Origin: an uncultured Acidobacteriaceae bacterium
GTDB taxonomy: Bacteria > Acidobacteriota > Terriglobia > Terriglobales > Acidobacteriaceae
Reading direction: 5' to 3'
DNA: 64,000 nt
Assembly (NCBI GenBank): GCA_963804295.1
Contig: CAWDQS010000031.1
Coordinates: 54,139-118,138, forward strand
Positions within the stretch are counted from its first letter, which is position 1; the number at the start of each line of letters is the position of its first letter. Both the position numbers and the translations under genes were made by a program. Below, in pieces: positions 38,642 through 47,414 of the stretch. The notes under the pieces were generated by a model. That model was not told the DNA's origin and did not search any database. It saw nothing but the letters and a program-made list of their open reading frames with translations.

Positions 38642-38698
38642 GGGGACGGGGGAGAAGATCCGGCAAAGATCGCGATGGAGCATCTGAAGGGTAAACGC

Positions 38699-38760
38699 TG
38701 GGGAAAATCAGGCAGAAATAGGGAGAAAACCCGGGGAAATACCCTGAAAATACAGAATTT
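38699..38760. other. phased A-tract array (predicted intrinsically bent DNA)
   Basis: A-tracts start at 38704, 38716, 38726, 38737, 38747 and 38756, a mean spacing of about 10.4 bp. Most are preceded by a G-run (GGGAAAAT, GGGAGAAAAC, GGGGAAAT). Confidence 0.6.
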
Positions 38761-38869
38761 TACGGAATTGTAAGGCGAAGACATTACGAAGACAACCCCT
38801 GTGCATTTCTGAATTTGTTATTCATCAAGTTATTGATACATAAGCGTTTATTTCTTCTGCGAATTCTCC

Positions 38870-38898
38870 TTGACACTCCCATCCCCCGCCCCTAGTAT
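38870..38898 (+). promoter_or_regulatory. sigma70-like promoter candidate
   Basis: TTGACA (38870-38875), a 17-nt spacer and TAGTAT (38893-38898). Phased A-tracts lie about 110-170 bp upstream. No protein gene lies downstream on this strand. Confidence 0.45.
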
Positions 38899-38904
38899 GC
38901 AGCC

Positions 38905-38990
38905 AGAAAGTTCTGATGGCTTTGCCTCCGTTGGAACTATTCTCCCTGAGGAGAGAGCTGCCCTGTTGCCGGGCGGCTCTTTCCGTTTTT
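38905..38990 (+). ncRNA. candidate ~86-nt small RNA (unclassified)
   Basis: It is bounded by the promoter above and by a terminator. The terminator stem is AGAGCTGCCC (38954-63) / GGGCGGCTCT (38971-80) with one G-U pair, followed by TTTCCGTTTTT. It also has a 5' hairpin (AGCCA..TGGCT), a CCUCC segment and a TCTCC-CTGA-GGAGA hairpin. It sits in a convergent intergenic spacer. Confidence 0.35.
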
Positions 38991-39143
38991 GGACTGGCCG
39001 TCCAGGCGGACGCTTGCGATTCGCTCGCATAGTCATCCTTGCTGAGGCAATTGTCATCTGTCGTGGGGAAAACGGCTCTTGCGTGGCCTATGTTTCGTGG
39101 ATTTCCACCCTTTCGCACAGAACAGGTCACCCGTTGTTCCGGT

Positions 39144-39884
39144 TCACATCGAAGCTACCATGTCTTCATTTCGACGGGGCTGCCAGACTGCGGCGGCTTG
39201 CACGAAGGCGGCGAAGAGGCCGCGAGAGAAGGCGCTTTCGGTGTAGGTCCGCTCGGGATGCCACTGTACTCCGAGAACATAGTGTTCGCGCGAGTCCAGC
39301 TCGACCGCTTCCACGACTCCGTCCTGCGGGGAGACGGCGCTCACCAGCAGGCCGTCGCCGGGAAGCTTGATTGCCTGATGGTGGCTGGAGTTGACCTGAG
39401 GCTCGGCGACCTGACTCAGGCCTGCCAGCCGCGTGCCAGGCGCAATGCGGATCGGGTGAGCCTCGGCGATGTTGTCTCCTGGACTGTGATTGACGGAGGT
39501 TTTCAAGTCCTGCACCAGAGAGCCATTGAGCCAGACGTTCAGGGTTTGAATGCCATAGCAGACGGCGAGGATTGGCTTGTGGAGGTTGAAGGCGTCCTGG
39601 AGGAGCAATTCGTCAACTGCGGCGCGGGCTGAGTCGGGCGTTGCGCACTCAGAAAGCGCGGCCTCGCCGTAGCGTTGCGGATCAACATCCGATTCGCTGC
39701 CGGGCAGAAGGACACCCTGCACGCCGGCAAGCAGGCGGGCGACGCGGTCCTGATGCTCGTGGAGCGGAACGATGATGGGCATGGCCCCGGCGGAACGCAG
39801 GGCGGCAAGATAGGCCGGCAAGGAGCGCTGGTTGAAGGCGGAATCGGAACCGGTGGGCTCGGGAATGGCGATGTGAACGCACAT
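39144..39884 (-). CDS. class I glutamine amidotransferase / gamma-glutamyl-GABA hydrolase-like (peptidase C26)
   Basis: The nucleophile elbow is ILAVCYGIQTLN. HHQAI and GVQWHPE are also present. The start is set at ATG 39884; the track start is 39947. Confidence 0.8.
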   Translation of the reverse strand: MCVHIAIPEPTGSDSAFNQRSLPAYLAALRSAGAMPIIVPLHEHQDRVARLLAGVQGVLLPGSESDVDPQRYGEAALSECATPDSARAAVDELLLQDAFNLHKPILAVCYGIQTLNVWLNGSLVQDLKTSVNHSPGDNIAEAHPIRIAPGTRLAGLSQVAEPQVNSSHHQAIKLPGDGLLVSAVSPQDGVVEAVELDSREHYVLGVQWHPERTYTESAFSRGLFAAFVQAAAVWQPRRNEDMVASM

Positions 39885-39982
39885 GGCAGCAACCAGTGTA
39901 ATCACAGGAGGCGCAAATAGGATAGGGGGAAGGAAATGCGGAGTCAAACCTTTGTACCCACAGAGGCAACCCCGGTGGAGAA

Positions 39983-40789
39983 CTACGAGATTGGCGGCTT
40001 GCGCAGGGCATCGATGGCTGCGCGGAGGCGGGCGGTGAGCTCATCAACCTGGTGCATGGTCATTCCCGCGGTTTCAATCGGCTGGCCGATACTCATAGTC
40101 AGCTCGCCGGGATAAAAGTGATGACTGTGAATGGGCAGCAGATCGTAGACTCCGCTGAGCGCCATGGGCACCAGCGGGACCTGCGCGCGAATGGCTAGGT
40201 AGGCCGCGCCGGGAAGAAATGGGCGCAGCGCGCCGTCGGAGGTACGGCCGCCCTCGGGAAAAAGGAAGAGCGGCATGCCGGAGCGTAGGACTTTGGCGGC
40301 GGCTCCCATGCTGGAAATGGAGGCGCGGGGGTTGCGGGTATCGATGGGCAACTGCCCGGAGCGATTCAAGTACCAGCCGATGAAGGGAATGCGCCATAAG
40401 ACCTTCCACGCGATGATGCGGAACTGGAAGGGCACGGCAGCGAAGATCACCGGTACGTCCATGTAAGAAGTATGGTTACAGGCATAGACGGCGGCGGCGC
40501 GCCCGAGCAGATTTTCCGCGCCGACGACCTTCAGCTTTGATCCGGAGTTCCAAACGCAGGCGCGCGCCCAGAAGCGGGCGATGCGGTGCTGTGCGTTGCC
40601 TTGTTTGTCGACGAATGAAACGAGAAATGAAATGCTGCCGCAGACGGCCGTAATAAGTGTCAGCAGCGGCGTTTGGATGAGGTTGGTGCGCCAGCGGTCG
40701 ATCCAGGGCAACGGATTGGGACGCTGCTCGGGGCGTTGCCTGGGTCGCTTTTTGAAGCGCTGGTGAAACTTCTTGAAGCGTGGCTTCAC
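39983..40789 (-). CDS. plsC: 1-acyl-sn-glycerol-3-phosphate acyltransferase
   Basis: It has an HX4D motif (NHTSYMD) and FPEGGRT. The start overlaps the folC stop by 4 nt. Confidence 0.88.
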   Translation of the reverse strand: MKPRFKKFHQRFKKRPRQRPEQRPNPLPWIDRWRTNLIQTPLLTLITAVCGSISFLVSFVDKQGNAQHRIARFWARACVWNSGSKLKVVGAENLLGRAAAVYACNHTSYMDVPVIFAAVPFQFRIIAWKVLWRIPFIGWYLNRSGQLPIDTRNPRASISSMGAAAKVLRSGMPLFLFPEGGRTSDGALRPFLPGAAYLAIRAQVPLVPMALSGVYDLLPIHSHHFYPGELTMSIGQPIETAGMTMHQVDELTARLRAAIDALRKPPIS

Positions 40790-42132
40790 GATGCGCTCCC
40801 TCCTGAATTGGCCCCTTCAGCTAGCAGCAGGGAACGCGCTTCGCCCACCAGATAAACCGAACCGCAAACGATAATTGGGCCTCCTCCTGCCTGCTGGCTC
40901 GCCAACTGTAGCGCGCCGGCGACCGACTCCGCAACAAGGAACGGCGTTTGTGTAAGTTGCGCGGCGGCCACCAGATCTTCCATGGCGGCGGCGCGGGCCG
41001 TGTGGAGTTGCGTCAAAATCACGCGTTCGAACATGGGAAAGAGAATTTGCGCCATCTCCGCGACGGGTTTGTCGCGCAGACAACTGAAAATAAGAGTCCG
41101 CGATTCCAGGCCTCCCGTCACGTCGGACAATGCGTAGCGGACCGCCCATGCGCCAGCCGGATTGTGGGCCACGTCGAGAATCCAACTCATGCCGTCGCGC
41201 TCGATGTGTTCCAGCCGGCCCGGCCACTGGGTCTTGCGAATGCCTTCTCCAATCTGATACGGCGTAATGTGAAAGCCGTGCTCGCAGGCAAGTTCGACGG
41301 CGGCGGTTATGGCCAGCGCAATGTTGCGCCGCTGGTGTCCGCCCGCCAGGGGGGTGTTGATTTTAATCTTCGCGCCGTTCAATTCAACTATGTACTCGTA
41401 GCCGGCGCTCCCAGCTACCAGGGAGGGCATATAGTCAAGAGCGCATACCCGGCGCACGCCAAGCTCTTTCACGATCTCTGCCAGCTCATCTTCGGCTGCG
41501 GTGAGTTGCGGAAACCTGATGAGCTTGCCTCCCTGGCGGAGGATGCCGGCCTTCTCGCGCGCGATGGCGGCCAGGGTCGTCCCTAGCCACTCGGTGTGGT
41601 CGAGCGAGATGTCGGTGATGATGGATAGCAGCGGCTCGACGACATTGGTTGCGTCGAGCCGGCCGCCCATGCCGACTTCGAGCACTGCCAACTCGACTTT
41701 CGCCTCGGCAAAATAGAGGAAGGCCATCGCGGTGAGGATTTCAAAGAAGCTGGGGTGTTGCGGGAGGCTGCCCTGCTGCACGAGTTGCCGCGCGGCTTCG
41801 TGAACGCTGAAGTAGAGGCGGGCAAAGTCGTCGTCATTAATCTCGGAGTATTTGATGCGGATGCGCTCGTTGACGCGCTCGAGATGCGGCGAGGTGTAGA
41901 GGCCGACGCGCGCTCCAGAAGTAGTGAGGATGGAGGTCAGAGTGGCTGCCGTGGAGCCTTTTCCGTTGGTTCCGGCGATGAGTACTGAGCAAAAGCGCAG
42001 ATGCGGATTGCCGAGAGCGGTAAGCAGGGTGCGGAATTCATCAAGAGAGAATTTTCGCCGCGGCTGGCCGGGGCGCGCGTACAGCTCCGGCGCCATGGCG
42101 TTGAGTTGATCGATGGCGGCGGAATAGGACAT
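40786..42132 (-). CDS. folC: bifunctional folylpolyglutamate synthase / dihydrofolate synthase
   Basis: It has a P-loop (IAGTNGKGSTAA), TSPHL and DVAHNP. I trimmed the track ORF from 42321 to ATG 42132 (MSYSAAIDQLN). Confidence 0.9.
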   Translation of the reverse strand: MSYSAAIDQLNAMAPELYARPGQPRRKFSLDEFRTLLTALGNPHLRFCSVLIAGTNGKGSTAATLTSILTTSGARVGLYTSPHLERVNERIRIKYSEINDDDFARLYFSVHEAARQLVQQGSLPQHPSFFEILTAMAFLYFAEAKVELAVLEVGMGGRLDATNVVEPLLSIITDISLDHTEWLGTTLAAIAREKAGILRQGGKLIRFPQLTAAEDELAEIVKELGVRRVCALDYMPSLVAGSAGYEYIVELNGAKIKINTPLAGGHQRRNIALAITAAVELACEHGFHITPYQIGEGIRKTQWPGRLEHIERDGMSWILDVAHNPAGAWAVRYALSDVTGGLESRTLIFSCLRDKPVAEMAQILFPMFERVILTQLHTARAAAMEDLVAAAQLTQTPFLVAESVAGALQLASQQAGGGPIIVCGSVYLVGEARSLLLAEGANSGGSAS

Positions 42133-42178
42133 TGAAAGATAAGTATAAGTGGCGCGTCTTAAGCGGCGCGAATCCGTA

Positions 42179-42991
42179 TCAATAACGCAATAGCAATTGC
42201 AGTGCGGTGCGCGCGTTTTGCAGGCAGCCGCGCGCTTCATCTTCGGAGAGCAGGCCCTGGTGCACGGCTTTTCGGCCGATGTCGTTGACCTGATTGGCAA
42301 CGCGGGGAAAGTCAGGGTCAATGCCGGTCATCTGCAGGTTGTTGTTGACCTCGTGCAAGAGGTTGCCGAGCGTGGCGGTGTTGCGGTAGCGGGCGCGAAT
42401 CTGGCCGGATAGCGATGTGGGTAGTTTCTGCTTGATAGCCTCCTCGAGAACCGAGCGGCACATGACGGCGCAGGCGGTAAAAAGGCCAAAGAAATAGCAG
42501 CGGGTGGCTTCGTCCAGATAGCGGTCGGCCTCCTCTGAACTGGGCGCGGCCACCACGCACTCGCGCAGATGCGTGGCGCGCTGCACGGCTGGTTCGACCA
42601 GCTCTAACAACTCCAGGGCAAACGCGGTGCGGAGCAGATCGTTCTGCTGGCCATCGAGTGCACGCTGAATCTCCTGCCATGCGGGAGCTGGGCCATCAAA
42701 ACCGGCATATTGCAGCTTGGTGAGCGATGTAAGCCGTTGGCGTGCGTGCTGGATGAAGCCCTGGCGCATCTCCTGGGCCATCAGCCGCCAACCAGCGACA
42801 AATGCCGCCGGATCCTGCTGGTAGCGTGCCCATAATTCGTCGTAAACGATTCCGGGTAGCACCTCGCGCATCTGCGCAAATCGCCCTGTCTGCGCCAGCT
42901 CGGAGATGGCCTCGCAAAACTCGCGGCCCGGCGTCTCTTCTGCCGACATCTGTAGCAGTTGATCCTCCAGACAGCCTATGTCGATTCCCAT
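42179..42991 (-). CDS. DUF4145-like domain protein with an unassigned N-terminal half
   Basis: The C-terminal ~110 aa (ATRCYFFGLFTACAVMCRSVLEEAIKQK...NDIGRKAVHQGL...ARTALQLLLRY) fit my memory of DUF4145. GTG 43006 is an alternative start. Confidence 0.55.
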   Translation of the reverse strand: MGIDIGCLEDQLLQMSAEETPGREFCEAISELAQTGRFAQMREVLPGIVYDELWARYQQDPAAFVAGWRLMAQEMRQGFIQHARQRLTSLTKLQYAGFDGPAPAWQEIQRALDGQQNDLLRTAFALELLELVEPAVQRATHLRECVVAAPSSEEADRYLDEATRCYFFGLFTACAVMCRSVLEEAIKQKLPTSLSGQIRARYRNTATLGNLLHEVNNNLQMTGIDPDFPRVANQVNDIGRKAVHQGLLSEDEARGCLQNARTALQLLLRY

Positions 42992-43694
42992 CCCTGGTAC
43001 CCTCACCTGCTGAGTTTAATGCCCTCCTTTGTCAAAGCCAGCTTTAATCGAATGCTATTTGCGGGTAAGGTACAGGAATGGGAAGTTACTCCCGCTGATT
43101 CCATGGCCGGAAGCCGTGAATCAGCGACCCTGCGGAAGTAAAGAACAGCGGGCAACCACTCTGTGCATCGCGGGTCTCCTGTAAGCCCTTGCACCACGCG
43201 GCTCCAAACGTGATCTTCACACAATCCACCCTTTTTACACAGGCCTCTTTTCGCTTCTTGTGGGAGTCGTGGGAAACAGAGGCCGCTCATCCTGGCTAAC
43301 TGCCGGTTTTCCAAATCCCCTCATTTGCACAGCCAAGATTTAGAAATCTTGCACTACGCCAACCTTCTCTGCCTCAAGCATTTCAGCTAGCTTTCCACTT
43401 TTCCGCACTGAACTACGGGTACTACTATCTATTTTCTTTATCTCTACTGCCTTTATCCACCCTTCCGTCGCCGGGCGCGCACCCCAGGCCCGCAAAATTC
43501 CTTCAATCGCATATAGCCCTGGAATCCAGAGAAGCAGCCCAGTTTTCCACGCGCAAAGCAGCGCAAAGGTGCATACAATCAAGAAGAAGAAAAGAAAGCG
43601 GTTTCCGGCAGGCGGCAAGTTGTTGTACAGTGTGGCCAGCGCGGATTCTGCTTCGATGGAGTTTTTTCGCTAGTGAAATAGCGAGGGTGGAATC

Positions 43695-44867
43695 ATGGCG
43701 AAAGTGGAATCTGAAGTCGAAAAGCCGGCCGCGCCGGGGGCAACGATGGAAATTACCGTAAGCCGTCAGGACTTGGTCAAGGAGCTCACGGCAACGCAAA
43801 GCGTCGTGGAGCGCAAGACCACCATTCCGATTTTGTCCAACTTTCTAATCGAGGCCGAAGGCGACCGGCTCAACATCACAGCCACCGATCTCGACCAGGC
43901 GATCCGCACCAGCCTGGTAGCCAAGGTGAAAAAGCCCGGTGCCTGCACCATCCCAGCGCGCAAACTTTACGACTACGTGAAACTCCTGCCCGACGGCGAC
44001 ATCTCCATCAAGCTGCTGGAAAACCACTGGGTGCAAATCAAGCTGGGGCGCTCGAATACCAAGATGGTGGGCATGGCGCGCGCCAACTTTCCGCAGGTTC
44101 CGGAGTTTCCCGCCGTTGCGGCGACCAGCATCTCCGCCGTGGCCCTGAAGACGCTGATCAATCGCACCATCTTTGCTATCTCGAATGAAGAGTCGCGCTA
44201 TACACTGAACGGCGCACTGCTGGTGATAAAGGCCGAGTCCCTAGCCATGGTGGCCACCGACGGACACCGCTTGTCTTACGTGGAGAAGCCGAACGAAATA
44301 CTGGAAGGCATCAGCGGCGAGAAGCGCGTTCTGATTCCGCGCAAGGCGCTGCACGAGCTGGAGCAATTGCTTTCCGCCTCCGACGCCGCGAAGGTGGAGT
44401 TTGCCGATGACGAGCACACGCTCTTCTTTCGCGTGGGGTATCGGACACTGAGCACGCGCAAGCTGACCGGCCAGTTCCCCAACTTCGAGGCGGTGATGCC
44501 GCGGGACAACACTAAGTTTGCCGTGGTGCGCTCCAGCGAGCTAGCTGCGGCCATCGAGCGCGTGGCGCAGTTCGCCGACGAGCGCTCCGGAGCCATTCGC
44601 CTGAAGCTGGAAAGCAACGAGCTGAAGCTCAGCGCCAACTCCAACGAGAGCGGCGAAAGTGAAGACACCATCGATACACCGTATACCAGCGACCCCATCG
44701 CCGTGGGCTTCAACTCGGGCTACATTCTCGACTTCCTGAAGGCGCTGGGGAACGAAGGCGAAGTGCGGCTGGAGTTCAAGGACTCGCAATCGGCAGGACA
44801 GATGCGGCCGGAAGATCCGGATGCGGAGTACAAGTACCGCTACGTGCTGATGCCGATGCGGATCTGA
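43695..44867 (+). CDS. dnaN: DNA polymerase III beta sliding clamp
   Basis: It carries VVERKTTIPILSNFLIEA and ATDGHRL and has a three-domain length. ATG 43695 follows GAGGGTGG; ATG 43746 is an alternative. Confidence 0.93.
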   Translation: MAKVESEVEKPAAPGATMEITVSRQDLVKELTATQSVVERKTTIPILSNFLIEAEGDRLNITATDLDQAIRTSLVAKVKKPGACTIPARKLYDYVKLLPDGDISIKLLENHWVQIKLGRSNTKMVGMARANFPQVPEFPAVAATSISAVALKTLINRTIFAISNEESRYTLNGALLVIKAESLAMVATDGHRLSYVEKPNEILEGISGEKRVLIPRKALHELEQLLSASDAAKVEFADDEHTLFFRVGYRTLSTRKLTGQFPNFEAVMPRDNTKFAVVRSSELAAAIERVAQFADERSGAIRLKLESNELKLSANSNESGESEDTIDTPYTSDPIAVGFNSGYILDFLKALGNEGEVRLEFKDSQSAGQMRPEDPDAEYKYRYVLMPMRI

Positions 44868-44915
44868 AGGAAGCGGCGGGGTTAGCCGCGCATCTCGTGT
44901 GCTAGCAAGTCAGCG

Positions 44916-44948
44916 ACGGCCCGGCATAGATGCCGGGCCGTGGTGTTT
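44916..44948 (+). terminator. intrinsic terminator after dnaN
   Basis: A GC-rich palindrome (ACGGCCCGGCAT-AG-ATGCCGGGCCGT) is followed by GGTGTTTG. Confidence 0.6.
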
Positions 44949-44996
44949 GCAGGGAAACCATATACAGAATCTGTAAGCTGAGAAACTGTTGTATTC

Positions 44997-45797
44997 CTAT
45001 TTTGCTGGAGGAGCGCTGACTTCGACAACATCTCCTCGTACAACAGAACAATTCTCAAATGAGAATTTCATATTGATATTGTCATTCACTACCATATGAA
45101 CATTGTGAGGCAATTGAAGTGAATCAATAGGCGAATAATCGACGTCATATTGAATTCGCGTTGTGTTATCACCCATCTTGTCAACCGCCTCGGCTCGCGT
45201 GAATAGCAATCCTTCTGGCGAAGGAGTAAATACAAAGTGTTCGTCGATGGTCTCGTTTCCGAATGAAGAGATGGCTTCAGTTACCAGATAATTCTTTGTG
45301 ACGAGCAGTTGGACAGGAGGACCCACCAGAAAAACACTGTAGCCGGAAGACGTTGGTGTAACTGTAGAAATATTTTTTTCACCAGGTATTGGCCCCACAA
45401 TCCCTTTGCCTTCCCAGGTCATCAAGAATCCCCTCACAACATCCGACAACCAAGCAAAAAAGGGATCATAAGCAACCTTTGCTAACACGGATGTGTCCGG
45501 AGTGTACTCATGTACAACGATAGTCGACGAGCGCATACCCAGTGTGGCTTTAATCCTGGTTGCCTCCAGCCCTTTGTGCCCCGCTAACTCCGTAGGAAGG
45601 AGCATCTGCTTAGGAACAGTTTCCCAATTCACTTTTACGTCGCAGGTAAACGACACAAGCCCCTTCTGATCAAGGTTGTAGTATCGCGCTCTTGCCACAT
45701 CGGCAAACTTGGATTTGTCCACAGCGGCGGAGTCTTGCCCATTCAGGCTTAAAGAAAACAGATAAAACATAGGCAGTATCCCAGCAAATCGCCGCAT
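44997..45797 (-). CDS. hypothetical secreted protein (AT-rich gene)
   Basis: It has a signal-like N-terminus (MRRFAGILPMFYLFSLSLNGQ) and a beta-rich sequence. I recognise no family. Its GC content is clearly lower than that of the flanking dnaN and accD. Confidence 0.6.
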   Translation of the reverse strand: MRRFAGILPMFYLFSLSLNGQDSAAVDKSKFADVARARYYNLDQKGLVSFTCDVKVNWETVPKQMLLPTELAGHKGLEATRIKATLGMRSSTIVVHEYTPDTSVLAKVAYDPFFAWLSDVVRGFLMTWEGKGIVGPIPGEKNISTVTPTSSGYSVFLVGPPVQLLVTKNYLVTEAISSFGNETIDEHFVFTPSPEGLLFTRAEAVDKMGDNTTRIQYDVDYSPIDSLQLPHNVHMVVNDNINMKFSFENCSVVRGDVVEVSAPPAK

Positions 45798-45894
45798 AAT
45801 CTCCCCACAGCAGTGAATGATGCAACCAGCTTAACACTGAGTATGCGGCAGGAGAAACAACAGATAAAGATTTAATAATATGAGCGCGAACACT

Positions 45895-46764
45895 TCAGGC
45901 CGTGGTAGGGGCGCGCATAAACTCCAGGGCGCGGATGAGGTAGGACTTCAGTTGGCGGCGATGGACGACGGTGTCTAGGAAGCCTTTTTCCAGCAGGAAC
46001 TCAGCGCGCTGGAAGCCCTCGGGGAGTTTTTGGCGTATAGTCTGCTCGATGACGCGGGGGCCGGCGAAACCGATCAGTGCGCCGGGTTCGGCGATGTTCA
46101 GGTCGCCGAGCATGGCGAAGCTGGCGGTGACGCCGCCGGTGGTGGGGTCGGTGAGGACGCAGATGTAGGGGACGTGGGCCGAGTCCAACTGCGCCAGGGC
46201 GGAGGAGATTTTGGCCATCTGCATCAGGCTGACCACGCCCTCCATCATGCGCGCGCCGCCGGAGGCGGCGACGACGATGAGCGGCTTGCGGCCGAGACGG
46301 GCGCGGTCCACGGCGCGAGCGATGGTCTCGCCGACTACCGCGCCCATCGAGCCGCCGATAAAAGCGTACTCCATGGCGCTCACGACGACCTCGTGCGGGC
46401 CGAGGAGGCCGGTGGCGTTGAGGATGGCGTCGTCGAGTCCCGTTTGCGCCTTAGCTTGCTTGAGCCGCTGCTTGTAGGGCTTGATGTCGGTGAAGTTGAG
46501 CGGGTCAGTGGAGCGCAGGCCGCCATCGACCAGCTCATAGCCCGGATCGAGCAGCATGTCGATGCGCTGACGTGCGCCGACGCGGAAATGGTATTGGCAT
46601 TTGGGGCAGACGTTGAGGTTGGCCAGCAGATCCGCCTTCCAAATGACCGCGTGGCAGGCAGCGCACTTGATCCACAAACCCTCGGTGCGCACCCGCGACT
46701 CTGCCGCCGCCGCTCCTCTGAGGCCGGGGCCGTATTCTCCTCCATCACGCTTGAACCAGGACAT
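45895..46764 (-). CDS. accD: acetyl-CoA carboxylase carboxyltransferase beta subunit
   Basis: It has a zinc ribbon (CAACHAVIW...CPKCQYHFR) and a carboxyltransferase core (GGSMGAVVGE, SGGARMMEG). Confidence 0.92.
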   Translation of the reverse strand: MSWFKRDGGEYGPGLRGAAAAESRVRTEGLWIKCAACHAVIWKADLLANLNVCPKCQYHFRVGARQRIDMLLDPGYELVDGGLRSTDPLNFTDIKPYKQRLKQAKAQTGLDDAILNATGLLGPHEVVVSAMEYAFIGGSMGAVVGETIARAVDRARLGRKPLIVVAASGGARMMEGVVSLMQMAKISSALAQLDSAHVPYICVLTDPTTGGVTASFAMLGDLNIAEPGALIGFAGPRVIEQTIRQKLPEGFQRAEFLLEKGFLDTVVHRRQLKSYLIRALEFMRAPTTA

Positions 46765-46779
46765 TCAACCTCGCAAATG

Positions 46780-46800
46780 CAGCAAACAGCTAACAGCTAA
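46780..46800. repeat. CAGCNNN heptad array (3 units)
   Basis: CAGCAAA CAGCTAA CAGCTAA lies between the accD start and the cobO stop. Confidence 0.7.
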
Positions 46801-46861
46801 AAAGTTGGTGCCAGGGGAACAGTTCGGTCTGCTTAAACTGTCCGCTGCAAGCAGTCTTCTT

Positions 46862-47401
46862 TCAGTATTCTATTCCGCGCTGGGCCAGAATGCCTTTCTG
46901 GTAGGCATGTTTGATCTCACGCATTTCGGTGACTGTATCGGCCAGGTCGACCAGCAGAGGATGGGCGTTGCGGCCGGTAAGAATGACGTGCACCATCTCC
47001 GGGCGCGCTCGCAAGGCCTCGGCGACTTCGGCGGGGTCGAGCATTCCATAGCCGATGGCGTAGTTGATCTCATCGAGAATGACCATATCCCACTGGCCGG
47101 ATTCGGTGGCTTCGCGCGCCTCGGCCCAGGCGGCCTGGACCAGGCGAATGTCCTCCGGATCAGTCTCCGCGCCGCCTACTTTCACAAAGCCGCGGCCCAT
47201 CTGCTTGATCACGAAGTTCTCGCCGAAGGATTGAACGGCGTCCAGCTCGCCGTAGTGCCAGGAGCCCTTGAGGAACTGAATCATCAGCACCCTCATGCCG
47301 TTGCCGACGGCGCGCAGGGCCGTGCCCATGGCCGCGGTGGTCTTGCCTTTACCGGGGCCGGTGTTGATGAGAATCAGTCCTCGACGAGAATCGGTGGTCA
47401 C
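46862..47401 (-). CDS. cobO: cob(I)yrinic acid a,c-diamide adenosyltransferase (CobO/BtuR)
   Basis: It carries GPGKGKTTAAMGTALRAVG, MIQFLKG, LDEINYAI and KHAY...GIEY. The start is set at GTG 47401. The track TTG start at 47434 would translate the heptad repeat. Confidence 0.88.
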   Translation of the reverse strand: MTTDSRRGLILINTGPGKGKTTAAMGTALRAVGNGMRVLMIQFLKGSWHYGELDAVQSFGENFVIKQMGRGFVKVGGAETDPEDIRLVQAAWAEAREATESGQWDMVILDEINYAIGYGMLDPAEVAEALRARPEMVHVILTGRNAHPLLVDLADTVTEMREIKHAYQKGILAQRGIEY

Positions 47402-47414
47402 AGATAATAGCTTA

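Noticed and set aside
38870-39370. 166-aa plus-strand ORF starting in the 38642-39143 spacer.
   Set aside because: Its ATG lies inside the predicted -10 hexamer. It also runs antisense into the amidotransferase gene, and its product is R/A-rich. I interpret the region as a promoter plus a short non-coding RNA instead.
43340-43618. 92-aa small membrane-protein ORF upstream of dnaN.
   Set aside because: It is left uncalled. It has one hydrophobic stretch but no RBS that I can see, and it coincides with the cluster of DnaA-box-like words and AT-rich DNA. It could be real, and ribosome profiling would decide.
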